Part shown: positions 37,086-48,151 of the stretch, piece after piece | How the letters are laid out: every line of letters starts with the position of its first letter | How positions within the stretch are numbered: the first letter of the stretch is position 1 | Origin: Escherichia coli | Lineage (GTDB): Bacteria; Pseudomonadota; Gammaproteobacteria; Enterobacterales; Enterobacteriaceae | DNA length: 64,000 nucleotides | Assembly (NCBI RefSeq): GCF_003019035.1 | Contig: NZ_CP027447.1 | Direction: 5' to 3' (one strand) | Notes under the pieces: model-generated | Told to the model about the DNA's origin: nothing | The model's input: only the letters and a program-made list of their open reading frames with translations | The model's database searches: none | Made by a program: the position numbers and the translations under genes

Positions 37086-38558
37086 TTAGAATATGGACTG
37101 GAATTTAGCCATCTCAACCTGGATGGACTTCACCTGGGTGTAACTCTGGAGCGTCATCACGCCGTTCTCGCGACCAATGCCGGAGTGTTTGTAGCCGCCA
37201 ACGGGCATCTCAGCAGGGGATTCGCCCCAGGTGTTGATCCAGCAAATACCCGCTTCCAGCTGATGAATGACGCGATGCGCGAGGTTCAGGTCCGCCGTCA
37301 CAATACCCGCCGCCAGACCGTAGTCGGTATCGTTAGCGCGGCGAATGACTTCGTCTTCCGACTCGTAGGTCAGAATGGACATCACCGGCCCGAAAATTTC
37401 TTCGCGCACAATGGTCATATCGTCGCTGCAATCGGTGAACACGGTCGGTGCAACCCATGCGCCGTTATCGAAGCTATCCCCCTTCAGTACATCGCCGCCG
37501 CACAGTACGCGCGCGCCTTCCTCTTTGCCTTTGGCGATATAGCGCAGCACGTTATCGCGATGCGGGAAGCTGACCAGCGGGCCGAAGTTAGTTTGCGGAT
37601 CGAAAACGTCGCCCGCGCGAATGCGCTCAACGCGCGCCAGAATCTTTTGTTCAAATGCGGCTTTGCATTTCGTCGGAACGAAGACGCGAGTGCCGTTGGT
37701 ACACACCTGACCGGAGCTGAAGAAATTCGCCATCATGGCGATATCGGCGGCGAGATCGAGATCCGCATCGTCAAAAACGATCAGCGGTGATTTACCGCCC
37801 AGCTCCATGGTCACTTCTTTCAGGGAAGAGGCCGCCGAGTTAGCCATCACTTTTTTGCCGCTGGCGACACCGCCGGTAAATGACACTTTGGCAATGCCCG
37901 GATGCTCGGTCAGATACTGCCCGGTCTCCGCGCCCACGCCCGGCAGCACGTTAAATACGCCGTCCGGCAGGCCCGCTTCGCTGTAAATGTCGGCCAGCTT
38001 TAACGCGGTAAGCGGGGTGACTTCGCTCGGTTTGAAAATCATCGCGTTGCCTGCCGCCAGCGCCGGTGCGGATTTCCACAAGGCAATCTGGATCGGGTAG
38101 TTCCATGCGCCAATCCCTGCCACTACGCCCAGCGGTTCGCGGCGGGTATAAACAAATGACGTCTCACGCAATGGGATCTGGCTGCCTTCCAGCGCCGGGA
38201 TCAGCCCGGCGTAGTACTCCAGCACGTCCGCACCGGTAACGATATCGACGGTTGAGGTTTCCGAATATGCTTTTCCGGTGTCGAGGGTTTCCAGTTTTGC
38301 GAGTTCGTCATTGCGTTCACGCAGAATATCAACGGCCCGACGCAGAATACGCGAGCGCTCCATAGCGGTCATCGCCGCCCAGATTTTTTGCCCCTGTTGG
38401 GCACTCTTCACGGCGCGATCGACATCCTCACGCCCGGCGGCCTGCACGGTCGCCAGCACGTTACCGTTGGCCGGGTTAATGGTCTCGAAGGTGCGACCGC
38501 TGGTGGCGGAGGTATAACCACCATGTATATAAAGCTGCTGTTCTGCCATTCGGGACAT
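37086..38558 (-). CDS. betB: Betaine aldehyde dehydrogenase BetB
   Basis: Aldehyde dehydrogenase family; start set at [15 protein letters not shown]. Confidence 0.9.
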   Translation of the reverse strand: MSRMAEQQLYIHGGYTSATSGRTFETINPANGNVLATVQAAGREDVDRAVKSAQQGQKIWAAMTAMERSRILRRAVDILRERNDELAKLETLDTGKAYSETSTVDIVTGADVLEYYAGLIPALEGSQIPLRETSFVYTRREPLGVVAGIGAWNYPIQIALWKSAPALAAGNAMIFKPSEVTPLTALKLADIYSEAGLPDGVFNVLPGVGAETGQYLTEHPGIAKVSFTGGVASGKKVMANSAASSLKEVTMELGGKSPLIVFDDADLDLAADIAMMANFFSSGQVCTNGTRVFVPTKCKAAFEQKILARVERIRAGDVFDPQTNFGPLVSFPHRDNVLRYIAKGKEEGARVLCGGDVLKGDSFDNGAWVAPTVFTDCSDDMTIVREEIFGPVMSILTYESEDEVIRRANDTDYGLAAGIVTADLNLAHRVIHQLEAGICWINTWGESPAEMPVGGYKHSGIGRENGVMTLQSYTQVKSIQVEMAKFQSIF

Positions 38559-38571
38559 CACGTCTCCTCGG

Positions 38572-39159
38572 TTAATCGGTGGGTAAATGCTGAGTAATAA
38601 AGTGACGGGTCAGCGAGTGTGCGAGAGGTTTATCCAGCGGTTTGCCGCTCAGTGCCGCGCGCAGCCATAATCCGTCAATTAGCGCAGCAAGGCCGTAGCC
38701 CGCTTCCTGTGCCTGTTGGCGCGGTAACTCGCGGCGAAATTCGCTCACCAGATTCGACAATAAGCGGCGGCTACTGACCTGCTGCAAGCGATAGAGCATC
38801 GGCTGATGCATACTGCTGGCCCAGAAGGCCAGCCAGGCTTTCATCGCCGCACTGCTCACCTGGGTTTCATCGAAGTTTCCGCCAACAATCGCCTGTAATC
38901 GCAGCTCTGCACTGCCCTGCGGAAGTGCATGTAATCGATTCAAAACCGCGTCACGCAGCTGACTGGTGATATCGCGCATGGTTGCTTCCAGCAGACCATT
39001 TTTGTCCCTGAAATAGTGGCTGATGATCCCCGTAGAAACGCCTGCACGGCGGGCGATCTGCGCGATCGTTGCATCGTGCATGCCCACTTCATTTATTGCT
39101 TCCAGCGTGGCGTCGATCAGTTGTCTGCGCCGGATCGACTGCATCCCCAATTTGGGCAT
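38572..39159 (-). CDS. betI: TetR-family repressor BetI
   Basis: TetR HTH ([21 protein letters not shown]); start set at MPKLGMQ. Confidence 0.9.
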   Translation of the reverse strand: MPKLGMQSIRRRQLIDATLEAINEVGMHDATIAQIARRAGVSTGIISHYFRDKNGLLEATMRDITSQLRDAVLNRLHALPQGSAELRLQAIVGGNFDETQVSSAAMKAWLAFWASSMHQPMLYRLQQVSSRRLLSNLVSEFRRELPRQQAQEAGYGLAALIDGLWLRAALSGKPLDKPLAHSLTRHFITQHLPTD

Positions 39160-39287
39160 TTTCGCCACTCCATTCATCAGCGTTGTTTATCTATTAAAGC
39201 GGTTATTGATTGGACGTTCAATATAAAATGTGTCTTAATTGTTACGAATTTGATTTTAAATGGTAACAATAACATTGGGGATACTGG

Positions 39288-41321
39288 ATGACAGACCTTT
39301 CACACAGCAGGGAAAAGGACAAAATCAATCCGGTGGTGTTTTACACTTCCGCCGGACTGATTTTGTTGTTTTCCCTGACAACGATCCTGTTTCGCGACTT
39401 CTCGGCCCTGTGGATTGACCGCACGCTGGACTGGGTTTCTAAAACCTTCGGTTGGTACTATCTGCTGGCGGCAACGCTCTATATTGTCTTTGTGGTCTGT
39501 ATCGCTTGTTCGCGTTTTGGTTCGGTGAAGCTCGGGCCAGAACAATCAAAACCGGAATTCAGTCTGCTGAGTTGGGCGGCGATGCTGTTTGCTGCCGGGA
39601 TCGGTATCGACCTGATGTTCTTCTCCGTAGCCGAACCGGTCACGCAGTATATGCAGCCGCCGGAAGGCGCGGGTCAGACGATTGAGGCCGCGCGTCAGGC
39701 GATGGTCTGGACGCTGTTTCACTACGGCTTAACCGGCTGGTCGATGTATGCGCTGATGGGCATGGCGCTCGGATACTTTAGCTATCGTTATAATTTGCCG
39801 CTCACCATCCGCTCAGCGCTGTACCCGATCTTCGGTAAACGGATTAACGGGCCGATAGGTCACTCAGTGGATATTGCAGCGGTGATCGGCACCATCTTCG
39901 GTATTGCCACTACGCTCGGTATTGGTGTGGTGCAGCTTAACTATGGCTTGAGCGTACTGTTTGATATTCCCGATTCAATGGCGGCGAAAGCGGCACTGAT
40001 CGCCTTGTCGGTGATCATCGCAACGATCTCTGTCACCTCCGGTGTCGATAAGGGCATTCGCGTGTTATCGGAACTTAACGTTGCGCTGGCGCTGGGGTTG
40101 ATCCTGTTTGTGCTGTTTATGGGCGACACCTCGTTCCTGCTTAATGCGCTGGTGCTGAACGTTGGCGACTATGTGAATCGCTTTATGGGCATGACGCTCA
40201 ACAGTTTTGCCTTCGACCGTCCGGTTGAGTGGATGAATAACTGGACGCTCTTCTTCTGGGCATGGTGGGTGGCATGGTCGCCGTTTGTCGGCCTGTTCCT
40301 GGCGCGTATCTCGCGTGGGCGTACCATTCGCCAGTTCGTGCTGGGCACGTTGATTATTCCGTTTACCTTCACGCTGTTATGGCTCTCGGTATTCGGCAAT
40401 AGCGCGCTGTATGAAATCATCCACGGCGGCGCGGCATTTGCCGAGGAAGCGATGGTCCATCCGGAGCGCGGCTTCTACAGCCTGCTGGCGCAATATCCGG
40501 CGTTTACCTTTAGCGCCTCCGTCGCCACCATTACTGGCCTGCTGTTTTATGTGACCTCGGCGGACTCCGGCGCGCTGGTGCTGGGGAATTTCACCTCGCA
40601 GCTTAAAGATATCAACAGCGACGCCCCCGGCTGGCTGCGCGTCTTCTGGTCGGTGGCGATTGGTCTGCTGACGCTTGGCATGCTGATGACCAACGGGATA
40701 TCCGCGCTGCAAAACACCACGGTAATCATGGGGCTGCCGTTCAGCTTTGTGATTTTCTTCGTGATGGCGGGGTTGTATAAATCTCTGAAGGTAGAAGATT
40801 ACCGCCGTGAAAGTGCCAACCGTGATACCGCGCCGCGACCGCTGGGGCTTCAGGATCGCCTGAGCTGGAAAAAACGTCTCTCGCGCCTGATGAATTATCC
40901 GGGCACGCGTTACACTAAACAGATGATGGAGACGGTCTGTTACCCGGCAATGGAAGAAGTGGCGCAGGAGCTGCGGTTGCGCGGCGCGTACGTGGAGCTA
41001 AAAAGCCTGCCGCCGGAAGAGGGACAACAGTTGGGGCATCTGGATTTGTTGGTGCATATGGGCGACGAGCAAAACTTTGTCTATCAGATTTGGCCGCAGC
41101 AATATTCGGTGCCGGGCTTTACCTACCGCGCACGTAGCGGTAAATCGACCTACTACCGGCTGGAAACCTTCCTGTTAGAAGGCAGCCAGGGCAACGACCT
41201 GATGGACTACAGCAAAGAGCAGGTGATCACCGATATTCTCGACCAGTACGAGCGGCACCTTAACTTTATCCATCTCCATCGTGAAGCGCCGGGCCATAGC
41301 GTGATGTTCCCGGACGCGTGA
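39288..41321 (+). CDS. betT: Choline transporter BetT (BCCT family)
   Basis: 677-aa multi-pass membrane ORF divergent from betIBA. Confidence 0.9.
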   Translation: MTDLSHSREKDKINPVVFYTSAGLILLFSLTTILFRDFSALWIDRTLDWVSKTFGWYYLLAATLYIVFVVCIACSRFGSVKLGPEQSKPEFSLLSWAAMLFAAGIGIDLMFFSVAEPVTQYMQPPEGAGQTIEAARQAMVWTLFHYGLTGWSMYALMGMALGYFSYRYNLPLTIRSALYPIFGKRINGPIGHSVDIAAVIGTIFGIATTLGIGVVQLNYGLSVLFDIPDSMAAKAALIALSVIIATISVTSGVDKGIRVLSELNVALALGLILFVLFMGDTSFLLNALVLNVGDYVNRFMGMTLNSFAFDRPVEWMNNWTLFFWAWWVAWSPFVGLFLARISRGRTIRQFVLGTLIIPFTFTLLWLSVFGNSALYEIIHGGAAFAEEAMVHPERGFYSLLAQYPAFTFSASVATITGLLFYVTSADSGALVLGNFTSQLKDINSDAPGWLRVFWSVAIGLLTLGMLMTNGISALQNTTVIMGLPFSFVIFFVMAGLYKSLKVEDYRRESANRDTAPRPLGLQDRLSWKKRLSRLMNYPGTRYTKQMMETVCYPAMEEVAQELRLRGAYVELKSLPPEEGQQLGHLDLLVHMGDEQNFVYQIWPQQYSVPGFTYRARSGKSTYYRLETFLLEGSQGNDLMDYSKEQVITDILDQYERHLNFIHLHREAPGHSVMFPDA

Positions 41322-42196
41322 TTGTTTTTGCATAAAACCGCGCCATGTCTGCATATGGCGCGGTTTCTCTTACCTCTTGATATGTTATATCTGTACAGTT
41401 AAGCCCTTAGTATCGATTGATGATTGCCAGGCAACAGATAATAAAAAAGAAAAGAACTATTGAAGCCCAAAACCTACGTTTGGACTGTTGTGAATGTTCA
41501 ATAAGCTTAGTCTTATTTAATGTAAATATTGGTGCTAATTTGAAATGACGCTTTATTCATGGGGAACGCGTAGCGCAAATCAACTAAAATCAATGTAACC
41601 GTTTGTTGTTTAAGGTTTAATTGTCTGTGTCTGATATTTTATTGATTGTTTTAAATATTGTTTTTATTGTCATTGTTATAATGTTGGCTATCTATTGCTG
41701 AATGGATTCAGTCTTAAAAAGCAGGTTGTTAAGAGATAGGCATAGAGTAATGACGTGTATGCATAACCAACATCTTTACTCATTATGTCATTGAATGTTG
41801 ACGCTATGTGTTTATGAGGTTGAGGTATTTTCAGTTGATCTGGATTGTTAAATTCATATAATGCGCCTTTACTCATGAATGGGCGTCAATACGTAGTGGG
41901 AAATTATAAATATCGAAATAGTCCAACTACTTCTTTATTACCAAAAATGAGTATCTGAATTTTAATATTGCATTCTTGCGTGATTATCTCCTGAGTTTGA
42001 CTTGTGATTACCTTTTTAAGGTATTTAGCGTAACTGTTTTTGAGCGAGCATCAGAGGTAAAGATAATCTTCTTGATAGTGATGTGGGATGTTATACGTAT
42101 GGCATCGCTAATGTTTATGGTTACCCCTTATGTGTGCTCAGGAATCCACAGGTAATCACTCATACTGAACAGCGATAAAAGATAAAAGGTGTGTTC

Positions 42197-43285
42197 ATGA
42201 ATTCATGTGATTTTCGTGTTTTTCTGCAAGAGTTCGGTACAACGGTTCATTTGTCATTGCCTGGTAGCGTATCCGAGAAAGAACGACTGCTACTCAAGCT
42301 GCTGATGCAGGGAATGTCTGTAACAGAAATATCACAGTACAGAAATCGCAGTGCAAAGACCATTTCACATCAAAAGAAACAGCTCTTTGAGAAACTGGGG
42401 ATTCAGAGCGATATTACTTTCTGGCGGGATATTTTCTTTCAGTACAATCCGGAGATCATATCCGCCACGGGTAATAATAGTCACAAATATATTAATGATA
42501 ATCACTATCACCATATCGTCACGCCTGAAGCCATCAGTCTGGCGTTGGAAAACCATGAATTTAAACCGTGGATCCAACCGGTTTTCTGCGCGCAGACTGG
42601 GGTACTGACGGGCTGTGAGGTGCTTGTTCGCTGGGAACATCCGCAAACGGGAATTATCCCACCGGATCAGTTTATTCCTCTGGCGGAGTCATCTGGTCTT
42701 ATCGTCATAATGACTCGCCAGCTGATGAAACAGACTGCGGATATTCTGATGCCAGTAAAACATTTGCTGCCGGATAATTTCCATATTGGCATCAACGTCT
42801 CGGCAGGATGTTTTTTGGCCGCAGGATTTGAAAAAGAGTGTCTGAACCTGGTTAAGAAATTAGGTAACGATAAAATCAAACTGGTTCTCGAGTTAACGGA
42901 ACGTAACCCTATTCCGGTAACGCCAGAAGCCAGAGCGATATTTGACAGCCTTCATCAGCACAACATTACCTTTGCGCTGGATGACTTTGGTACGGGTTAT
43001 GCAACCTATCGTTACTTGCAGGCGTTCCCGGTCGATTTTATTAAGATCGATAAGTCATTTGTGCAAATGGCGAGCGTGGACGAAATATCCGGTCATATTG
43101 TGGACAATATTGTCGAACTGGCGCGTAAGCCTGGTCTGAGTATCGTGGCGGAAGGGGTAGAAACCCAGGAGCAGGCGGATTTAATGATCGGCAAAGGCGT
43201 TCACTTTTTGCAGGGCTATTTGTACTCTCCGCCAGTACCGGGTAATAAATTTATCTCTGAATGGGTAATGAAAGCCGGTGGTTGA
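42197..43285 (+). CDS. pdeL: c-di-GMP phosphodiesterase PdeL (YahA), LuxR HTH plus EAL domain
   Basis: N-terminal LuxR-type HTH (LLMQGMSVTEISQY) and C-terminal EAL domain; preceded by an ~870-bp AT-rich non-coding region. Confidence 0.85.
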   Translation: MNSCDFRVFLQEFGTTVHLSLPGSVSEKERLLLKLLMQGMSVTEISQYRNRSAKTISHQKKQLFEKLGIQSDITFWRDIFFQYNPEIISATGNNSHKYINDNHYHHIVTPEAISLALENHEFKPWIQPVFCAQTGVLTGCEVLVRWEHPQTGIIPPDQFIPLAESSGLIVIMTRQLMKQTADILMPVKHLLPDNFHIGINVSAGCFLAAGFEKECLNLVKKLGNDKIKLVLELTERNPIPVTPEARAIFDSLHQHNITFALDDFGTGYATYRYLQAFPVDFIKIDKSFVQMASVDEISGHIVDNIVELARKPGLSIVAEGVETQEQADLMIGKGVHFLQGYLYSPPVPGNKFISEWVMKAGG

Positions 43286-43326
43286 TGTAAACCGCTATTC
43301 ACAGCGCATCGGGAGGTTGGCAGCGA

Positions 43327-44259
43327 TTAATTCTCCCGATGCAGTAAATCCTGATAGATCCCCGTTAATATGCCATTTGGCGCAAATTGTTTTTTAATCC
43401 ACTGCGTCACCTGACCGGTGGCAGAGTGCTGGGTCGCCAGTAACATGCGTGAATCCTGGCGCGGATTATGGATTTGTCGGGTAACCAGCAGGGATTGCGC
43501 CATCGCCTCACGGACCATGTAATCCGGCAAAAAACCAATTCCTTCGCCTAAAATCTGGCACTGACATTTGGTGTTGAAATCTGGCACCAGAATCGACTCC
43601 TGCCCATGCAGCAACCAGCCCACTTTTTTATTAATCGTATGCGCGGTGTCTTCCACCATGATATTAGGATAGAGACGCAGCTGGCTTTCGGCGATGGGTT
43701 CCGGCACAAAGGCTAACGGGTGATCCGGGGCGATAGCAAAAGCCCAGCGAATCGCGCCAATCTCCGTGTAATCAATGCCGCCGCCGTCCAGCAGTGTGTC
43801 GGGCGCGCCGATAGCAATATTCGCCTGATTATTAATAATCGCATCCCAGACGCCGTTATACACTTCGGTCGTCACGGTAATCTGGCAGGTTGGAAACTGC
43901 TTTTTCAGTACCTGTAATAAGCGTGCGGTGTGTTTGGGCGTATAAAGCAGTTGGTTAATACAAATGCGCACCCGTGCTTCTATACCCTGCGAAATAGTAT
44001 CGATGCTGCGTTTGATGGCGTGAAAATCATTCAGCAGGTCGGTAGCTTTGCGGAAAAAATAACGCCCGGACTCCGTTAACTCAATGCTTCGGGTACTGCG
44101 AGTGAACAGCACCACATCCAGCCCTGTTTCCATTCGCTTGATGGTGTAGCTAATGGCGGAAGTGGTTAAACCCAACTCTTCTGCGGCTTTACTGAAACTG
44201 CCAAAACGCGCAGCGGTAGTAAATGCCAACAGATTCTCTTCGGTAAAAATTGAGTTCAT
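43327..44259 (-). CDS. yahB: LysR-family regulator YahB
   Basis: 310-aa ORF with LysR HTH (FGSFSKAAEELGLTTSAISYTIKRMETGL). Confidence 0.85.
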   Translation of the reverse strand: MNSIFTEENLLAFTTAARFGSFSKAAEELGLTTSAISYTIKRMETGLDVVLFTRSTRSIELTESGRYFFRKATDLLNDFHAIKRSIDTISQGIEARVRICINQLLYTPKHTARLLQVLKKQFPTCQITVTTEVYNGVWDAIINNQANIAIGAPDTLLDGGGIDYTEIGAIRWAFAIAPDHPLAFVPEPIAESQLRLYPNIMVEDTAHTINKKVGWLLHGQESILVPDFNTKCQCQILGEGIGFLPDYMVREAMAQSLLVTRQIHNPRQDSRMLLATQHSATGQVTQWIKKQFAPNGILTGIYQDLLHREN

Positions 44260-44350
44260 TAAACCATTCCCGCCATTATCGAATATGAATTTCTCCAGCC
44301 ATGACTGTAGAGGTATCGGTTAAAGATAGATAATCATTTTTGAATAACTT

Positions 44351-44848
44351 TTAATACCCGTCGCGTTTAGTCGTCGCTTCGCTTAATTTTTGTCCGCCAT
44401 ATTCTGAAATTATCCCCACGCAGTTACCCGCCAGAAAACCCAGTAATGTCACCGTCCAGTTCATCCCGCTGGCAAAAAATAGCGTCATGCCGAGAAAGCC
44501 TCCGGGAATAAAAGACAGTAACCAGAAACGCCCTTGCCAGACCACTACCGCTGAGAAGGGCACGGTGGTAATCACGCTTGCCCAGAAGCCGGAAAGCCCA
44601 CTTACAGAGGCCAGCCCGCCGGCAGCCAGCGCGGCGAAAAACGCCCACACCATCCCGGAATAATTAACCGCCAGGCTTCTGATAAACCCCGATTTACCGC
44701 CGCCTGCGGCATAAAAACTGCAAAAGGCGACGAAGCCAATGGTTCCTAATAATTCCCATCCCTGAGAGAGCCCGACATGTGAAGACACTAACTGCCAAAG
44801 CCCTGCACAAATACCGACGGTGACACCCGTTGCCGTGAGTCCGTTCAT
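44351..44848 (-). CDS. yahC: Inner membrane protein YahC
   Basis: 165-aa hydrophobic ORF. Confidence 0.8.
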   Translation of the reverse strand: MNGLTATGVTVGICAGLWQLVSSHVGLSQGWELLGTIGFVAFCSFYAAGGGKSGFIRSLAVNYSGMVWAFFAALAAGGLASVSGLSGFWASVITTVPFSAVVVWQGRFWLLSFIPGGFLGMTLFFASGMNWTVTLLGFLAGNCVGIISEYGGQKLSEATTKRDGY

Positions 44849-45105
44849 CTTGTTCCCCTCTGGTTAGACATGGACGAAAGCTACTCTTACATGTGCAGAC
44901 TATAGAGAAATAAAACCTGATTGAGTGAAAGGGTATCGGGTCAAAGAAACAAATATTGCACTACCGCACACTGCGAAAAGATTGTTGAACATCATTCAAC
45001 AAAAAGGCGAAATACGGCGAATTAAATTTAAGCGGGTTCTTTTATCAGATTATCGTTGCTATTCTCAATTCATCGAAAACAGCCACAAAAACCAGGGGAA
45101 TGTGA

Positions 45106-45711
45106 ATGACTATAAAAAATCTACCTGCCGACTATTTATTGGCTGCGCAACAGGGTGATATCGATAAAGTAAAAACCTGCCTTGCGCTGGGTGTCGATAT
45201 TAATACCTGCGATCGTCAGGGGAAAACGGCAATTACGCTGGCAAGTTTATATCAGCAATATGCTTGCGTTCAGGCATTAATTGACGCCGGAGCGGATATT
45301 AATAAGCAAGATCATACCTGTTTAAATCCTTTTTTAATTAGCTGCCTGACCGGCGATTTAACCCTGTTACGGATTATTTTACCGGCTAAACCCGATCTTA
45401 ATTGCGTAACCCGTTTTGGCGGTGTCGGCCTGACGCCTGCCTGCGAAAAAGGCCATTTAAGTATTGTAAAAGAGCTTTTGGCGCATACGGAGATTAACGT
45501 TAACCAGACCAACCATGTAGGCTGGACGCCGCTACTGGAAGCGATTGTGCTTAATGATGGCGGGATTAAACAGCAGGCGATTGTCCAGTTATTGCTGGAA
45601 CACGGTGCCAGTCCGCATCTGACGGATAAATATGGCAAAACGCCGCTGGAACTGGCGCGGGAACGAGGCTTTGAAGAGATTGCGCAGTTACTGATTGCCG
45701 CAGGTGCATAA
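45106..45711 (+). CDS. yahD: Ankyrin-repeat protein YahD
   Basis: 201-aa ORF with ankyrin repeats (GKTAITLAS, GWTPLLEA, GKTPLELA). Confidence 0.85.
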   Translation: MTIKNLPADYLLAAQQGDIDKVKTCLALGVDINTCDRQGKTAITLASLYQQYACVQALIDAGADINKQDHTCLNPFLISCLTGDLTLLRIILPAKPDLNCVTRFGGVGLTPACEKGHLSIVKELLAHTEINVNQTNHVGWTPLLEAIVLNDGGIKQQAIVQLLLEHGASPHLTDKYGKTPLELARERGFEEIAQLLIAAGA

Positions 45712-45750
45712 ACCGGGAGGCTTGCTATCAACACACCAGAAAGACGGTGT

Positions 45751-46614
45751 GTGTGGTCGCTAACTGCGGATGCTGATTTTCTGGCGCAGCGGGGGCAAGG
45801 ACAGGTTGAACAGGTCTTTGCCAGAGCGGTAAATATCGCACTTCCGGCCCGCCAGCAGTTGCTGACGCTGCTTTGTGAAGAGTACGACAATGCGCCAAAC
45901 AGTTGTCGGTTGGCACTCACTCACTTTAATGGTCTGTTCCGGCATGGTGATAAGGTTCAGTTTGACGATCAAGGCATTACGGTTGGTCAACATCTTCATA
46001 TAGAGATGAGTCATTGCCAGCGTTGGCTGTCCCCAACCTTGCAAATGACCGCTGTGAATTTTCACCTTATCGTCTGGCAACAGTGGCATGACATTATTCA
46101 TCAGCACCTGGGGGAAAATGAAACCCTGTTTAATTATTGCGGCGATAATCCGTTTTATCAGGCGTTAAATAAAGAATTACATATTAAACGACGGGCAGTT
46201 ATTCAGGCCGTAAACGATAAACAAAATATCGCCTCAGCAGTCGCCAGTATGATGGGCTTAGGGATTGGCCTTACGCCATCAGCCGACGATTATTTAACAG
46301 GTCTGGCGCTTATTTTATTTATTTCCGGACATCCGGCGGAAAAATACAAAGAGGAATTTTATCTCGGTCTGCAACGCGGCAGAAATAATACCACGTTATT
46401 AAGTGCCATAACGCTGGAAGCCGCATTACAACAACGCTGCCGGGAAAATATTCATCGTTTTATTCATAACATTATTTATGACATCCCTGGGAACGCAACT
46501 CAGGCAATAGAAAAAATTAAACATATTGGCTCCAGTTCCGGCTGCGACATGCTGTATGGCATGGCCGATGGTTGTGCGCTGAGCCAAACCTACGGAGGGA
46601 ATTATGTCAGTTAA
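45751..46614 (+). CDS. yahE: YahE (DUF2877)
   Basis: 287-aa ORF in conserved yahEFG order. Confidence 0.8.
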   Translation: MWSLTADADFLAQRGQGQVEQVFARAVNIALPARQQLLTLLCEEYDNAPNSCRLALTHFNGLFRHGDKVQFDDQGITVGQHLHIEMSHCQRWLSPTLQMTAVNFHLIVWQQWHDIIHQHLGENETLFNYCGDNPFYQALNKELHIKRRAVIQAVNDKQNIASAVASMMGLGIGLTPSADDYLTGLALILFISGHPAEKYKEEFYLGLQRGRNNTTLLSAITLEAALQQRCRENIHRFIHNIIYDIPGNATQAIEKIKHIGSSSGCDMLYGMADGCALSQTYGGNYVS

Positions 46615-48151
46615 AATAGTCATTAAACCGAATACCTATTTTGATTCTGTCTCGCTGATGTCTATCTCTACGCGTGCAAATAAACTCGACGGCGTCGAGC
46701 AGGCATTTGTGGCGATGGCGACCGAAATGAACAAAGGCGTACTGAAGAATTTAGGGCTGCTGACGCCGGAGCTGGAGCAGGCGAAAAACGGCGACCTGAT
46801 GATTGTCATCAACGGCAAAGCGGGCGCAGACAACGAGCAGTTGCTGGTGGAGATTGAAGAACTGTTCAACACCAAAGCGCAAAGCGGCTCGCACGAGGCG
46901 CGTTACGCCACTATTGCCAGCGCCAAAAAGCATATCCCGGAAAGTAACCTGGCAGTGATTTCGGTCAACGGTCTGTTTGCCGCTCGCGAAGCGCGTCAGG
47001 CGCTGCAAAATGATCTTAACGTGATGCTGTTTTCCGATAACGTCTCGGTTGAAGATGAACTGGCGCTCAAACAGTTGGCCCATGAAAAAGGGCTGCTGCT
47101 GATGGGGCCAGACTGCGGCACGGCGATTATCAACGGCGCGGCGCTCTGCTTTGGTAACGCCGTGCGTCGCGGCAACATCGGTATTGTTGGCGCATCCGGC
47201 ACCGGTAGCCAGGAACTGAGCGTCCGTATCCATGAATTTGGCGGCGGCGTTTCGCAACTGATTGGCACCGGTGGGCGCGACCTGAGCGAGAAAATCGGCG
47301 GCCTGATGATGTTCGACGCCATCGGGATGCTGGAAAACGATCCGCAAACTGAAATCATTGTGCTTATCTCCAAACCGCCTGCGCCTGCGGTGGCCCGCAA
47401 AGTGCTGGAACGCGCACGTGCCTGCCGCAAGCCGGTGGTGGTCTGCTTCCTCGGTCGTGGCGAAACGCCAGTGGATGAGCAAGGGCTACAGTTTGCTCGC
47501 GGCAGCAAAGAGGCGGCGCTGAAAGCGGTAATGCTCTCCGGCGTGAAACAGGAACATCTCGATCTGCATACCCTGAACCAGCCATTGATTGCTGACGTGC
47601 GCGCTCGCCTGAAGCCGCAACAGAAATACATTCGTGGCCTGTTCTGCGGAGGTACGCTGTGTGACGAAACCATGTTCGCGGTGATGGAAAAACACGGCGA
47701 TGTCTACAGCAACATCCAGCCCGATCCTGAATTCCGCCTGAAAGATATCAACCGCAGCGTCAAACATACCTTCCTCGACTTTGGCGATGACGATTTTACC
47801 AACGGCAAGCCGCATCCAATGATTGACCCCACCAACCGTATCAGCCGCTTGATCGAAGAGGCGCGCGATCCAGAAGTGGCGGTGATCGTGATGGATTTTG
47901 TGCTCGGGTTTGGATCGCATGAAGATCCGGTCGGTTCCACCATCGAGGCGATCAAAGAGGCGAAAGCGAACGCCGCTGCCGAAGGACGTGAGTTGATCAT
48001 TCTCGCCTATGTGCTGGGTACCGATCTTGATACGCCATCATTAGAACAACAAAGCCAGATGCTGCTTGATGCCGGAGTGATTCTGGCGAGCAGCAGCACC
48101 AATACCGGATTGCTGGCGCGTGAATTTATCTGCAAAGGGGAGGAAGCCTGA
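46604..48151 (+). CDS. yahF: FdrA-like CoA-binding protein YahF
   Basis: 515-aa ORF resembling succinyl-CoA synthetase alpha-type proteins. Confidence 0.85.
   Translation: MSVKIVIKPNTYFDSVSLMSISTRANKLDGVEQAFVAMATEMNKGVLKNLGLLTPELEQAKNGDLMIVINGKAGADNEQLLVEIEELFNTKAQSGSHEARYATIASAKKHIPESNLAVISVNGLFAAREARQALQNDLNVMLFSDNVSVEDELALKQLAHEKGLLLMGPDCGTAIINGAALCFGNAVRRGNIGIVGASGTGSQELSVRIHEFGGGVSQLIGTGGRDLSEKIGGLMMFDAIGMLENDPQTEIIVLISKPPAPAVARKVLERARACRKPVVVCFLGRGETPVDEQGLQFARGSKEAALKAVMLSGVKQEHLDLHTLNQPLIADVRARLKPQQKYIRGLFCGGTLCDETMFAVMEKHGDVYSNIQPDPEFRLKDINRSVKHTFLDFGDDDFTNGKPHPMIDPTNRISRLIEEARDPEVAVIVMDFVLGFGSHEDPVGSTIEAIKEAKANAAAEGRELIILAYVLGTDLDTPSLEQQSQMLLDAGVILASSSTNTGLLAREFICKGEEA

Noticed and set aside
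46751-47673. Long antisense ORFs (243 and 225 aa) inside yahF
   Set aside because: Arg/Ala/Pro-rich translations typical of shadow frames opposite a GC-rich coding strand; the plus-strand yahF call explains the region.
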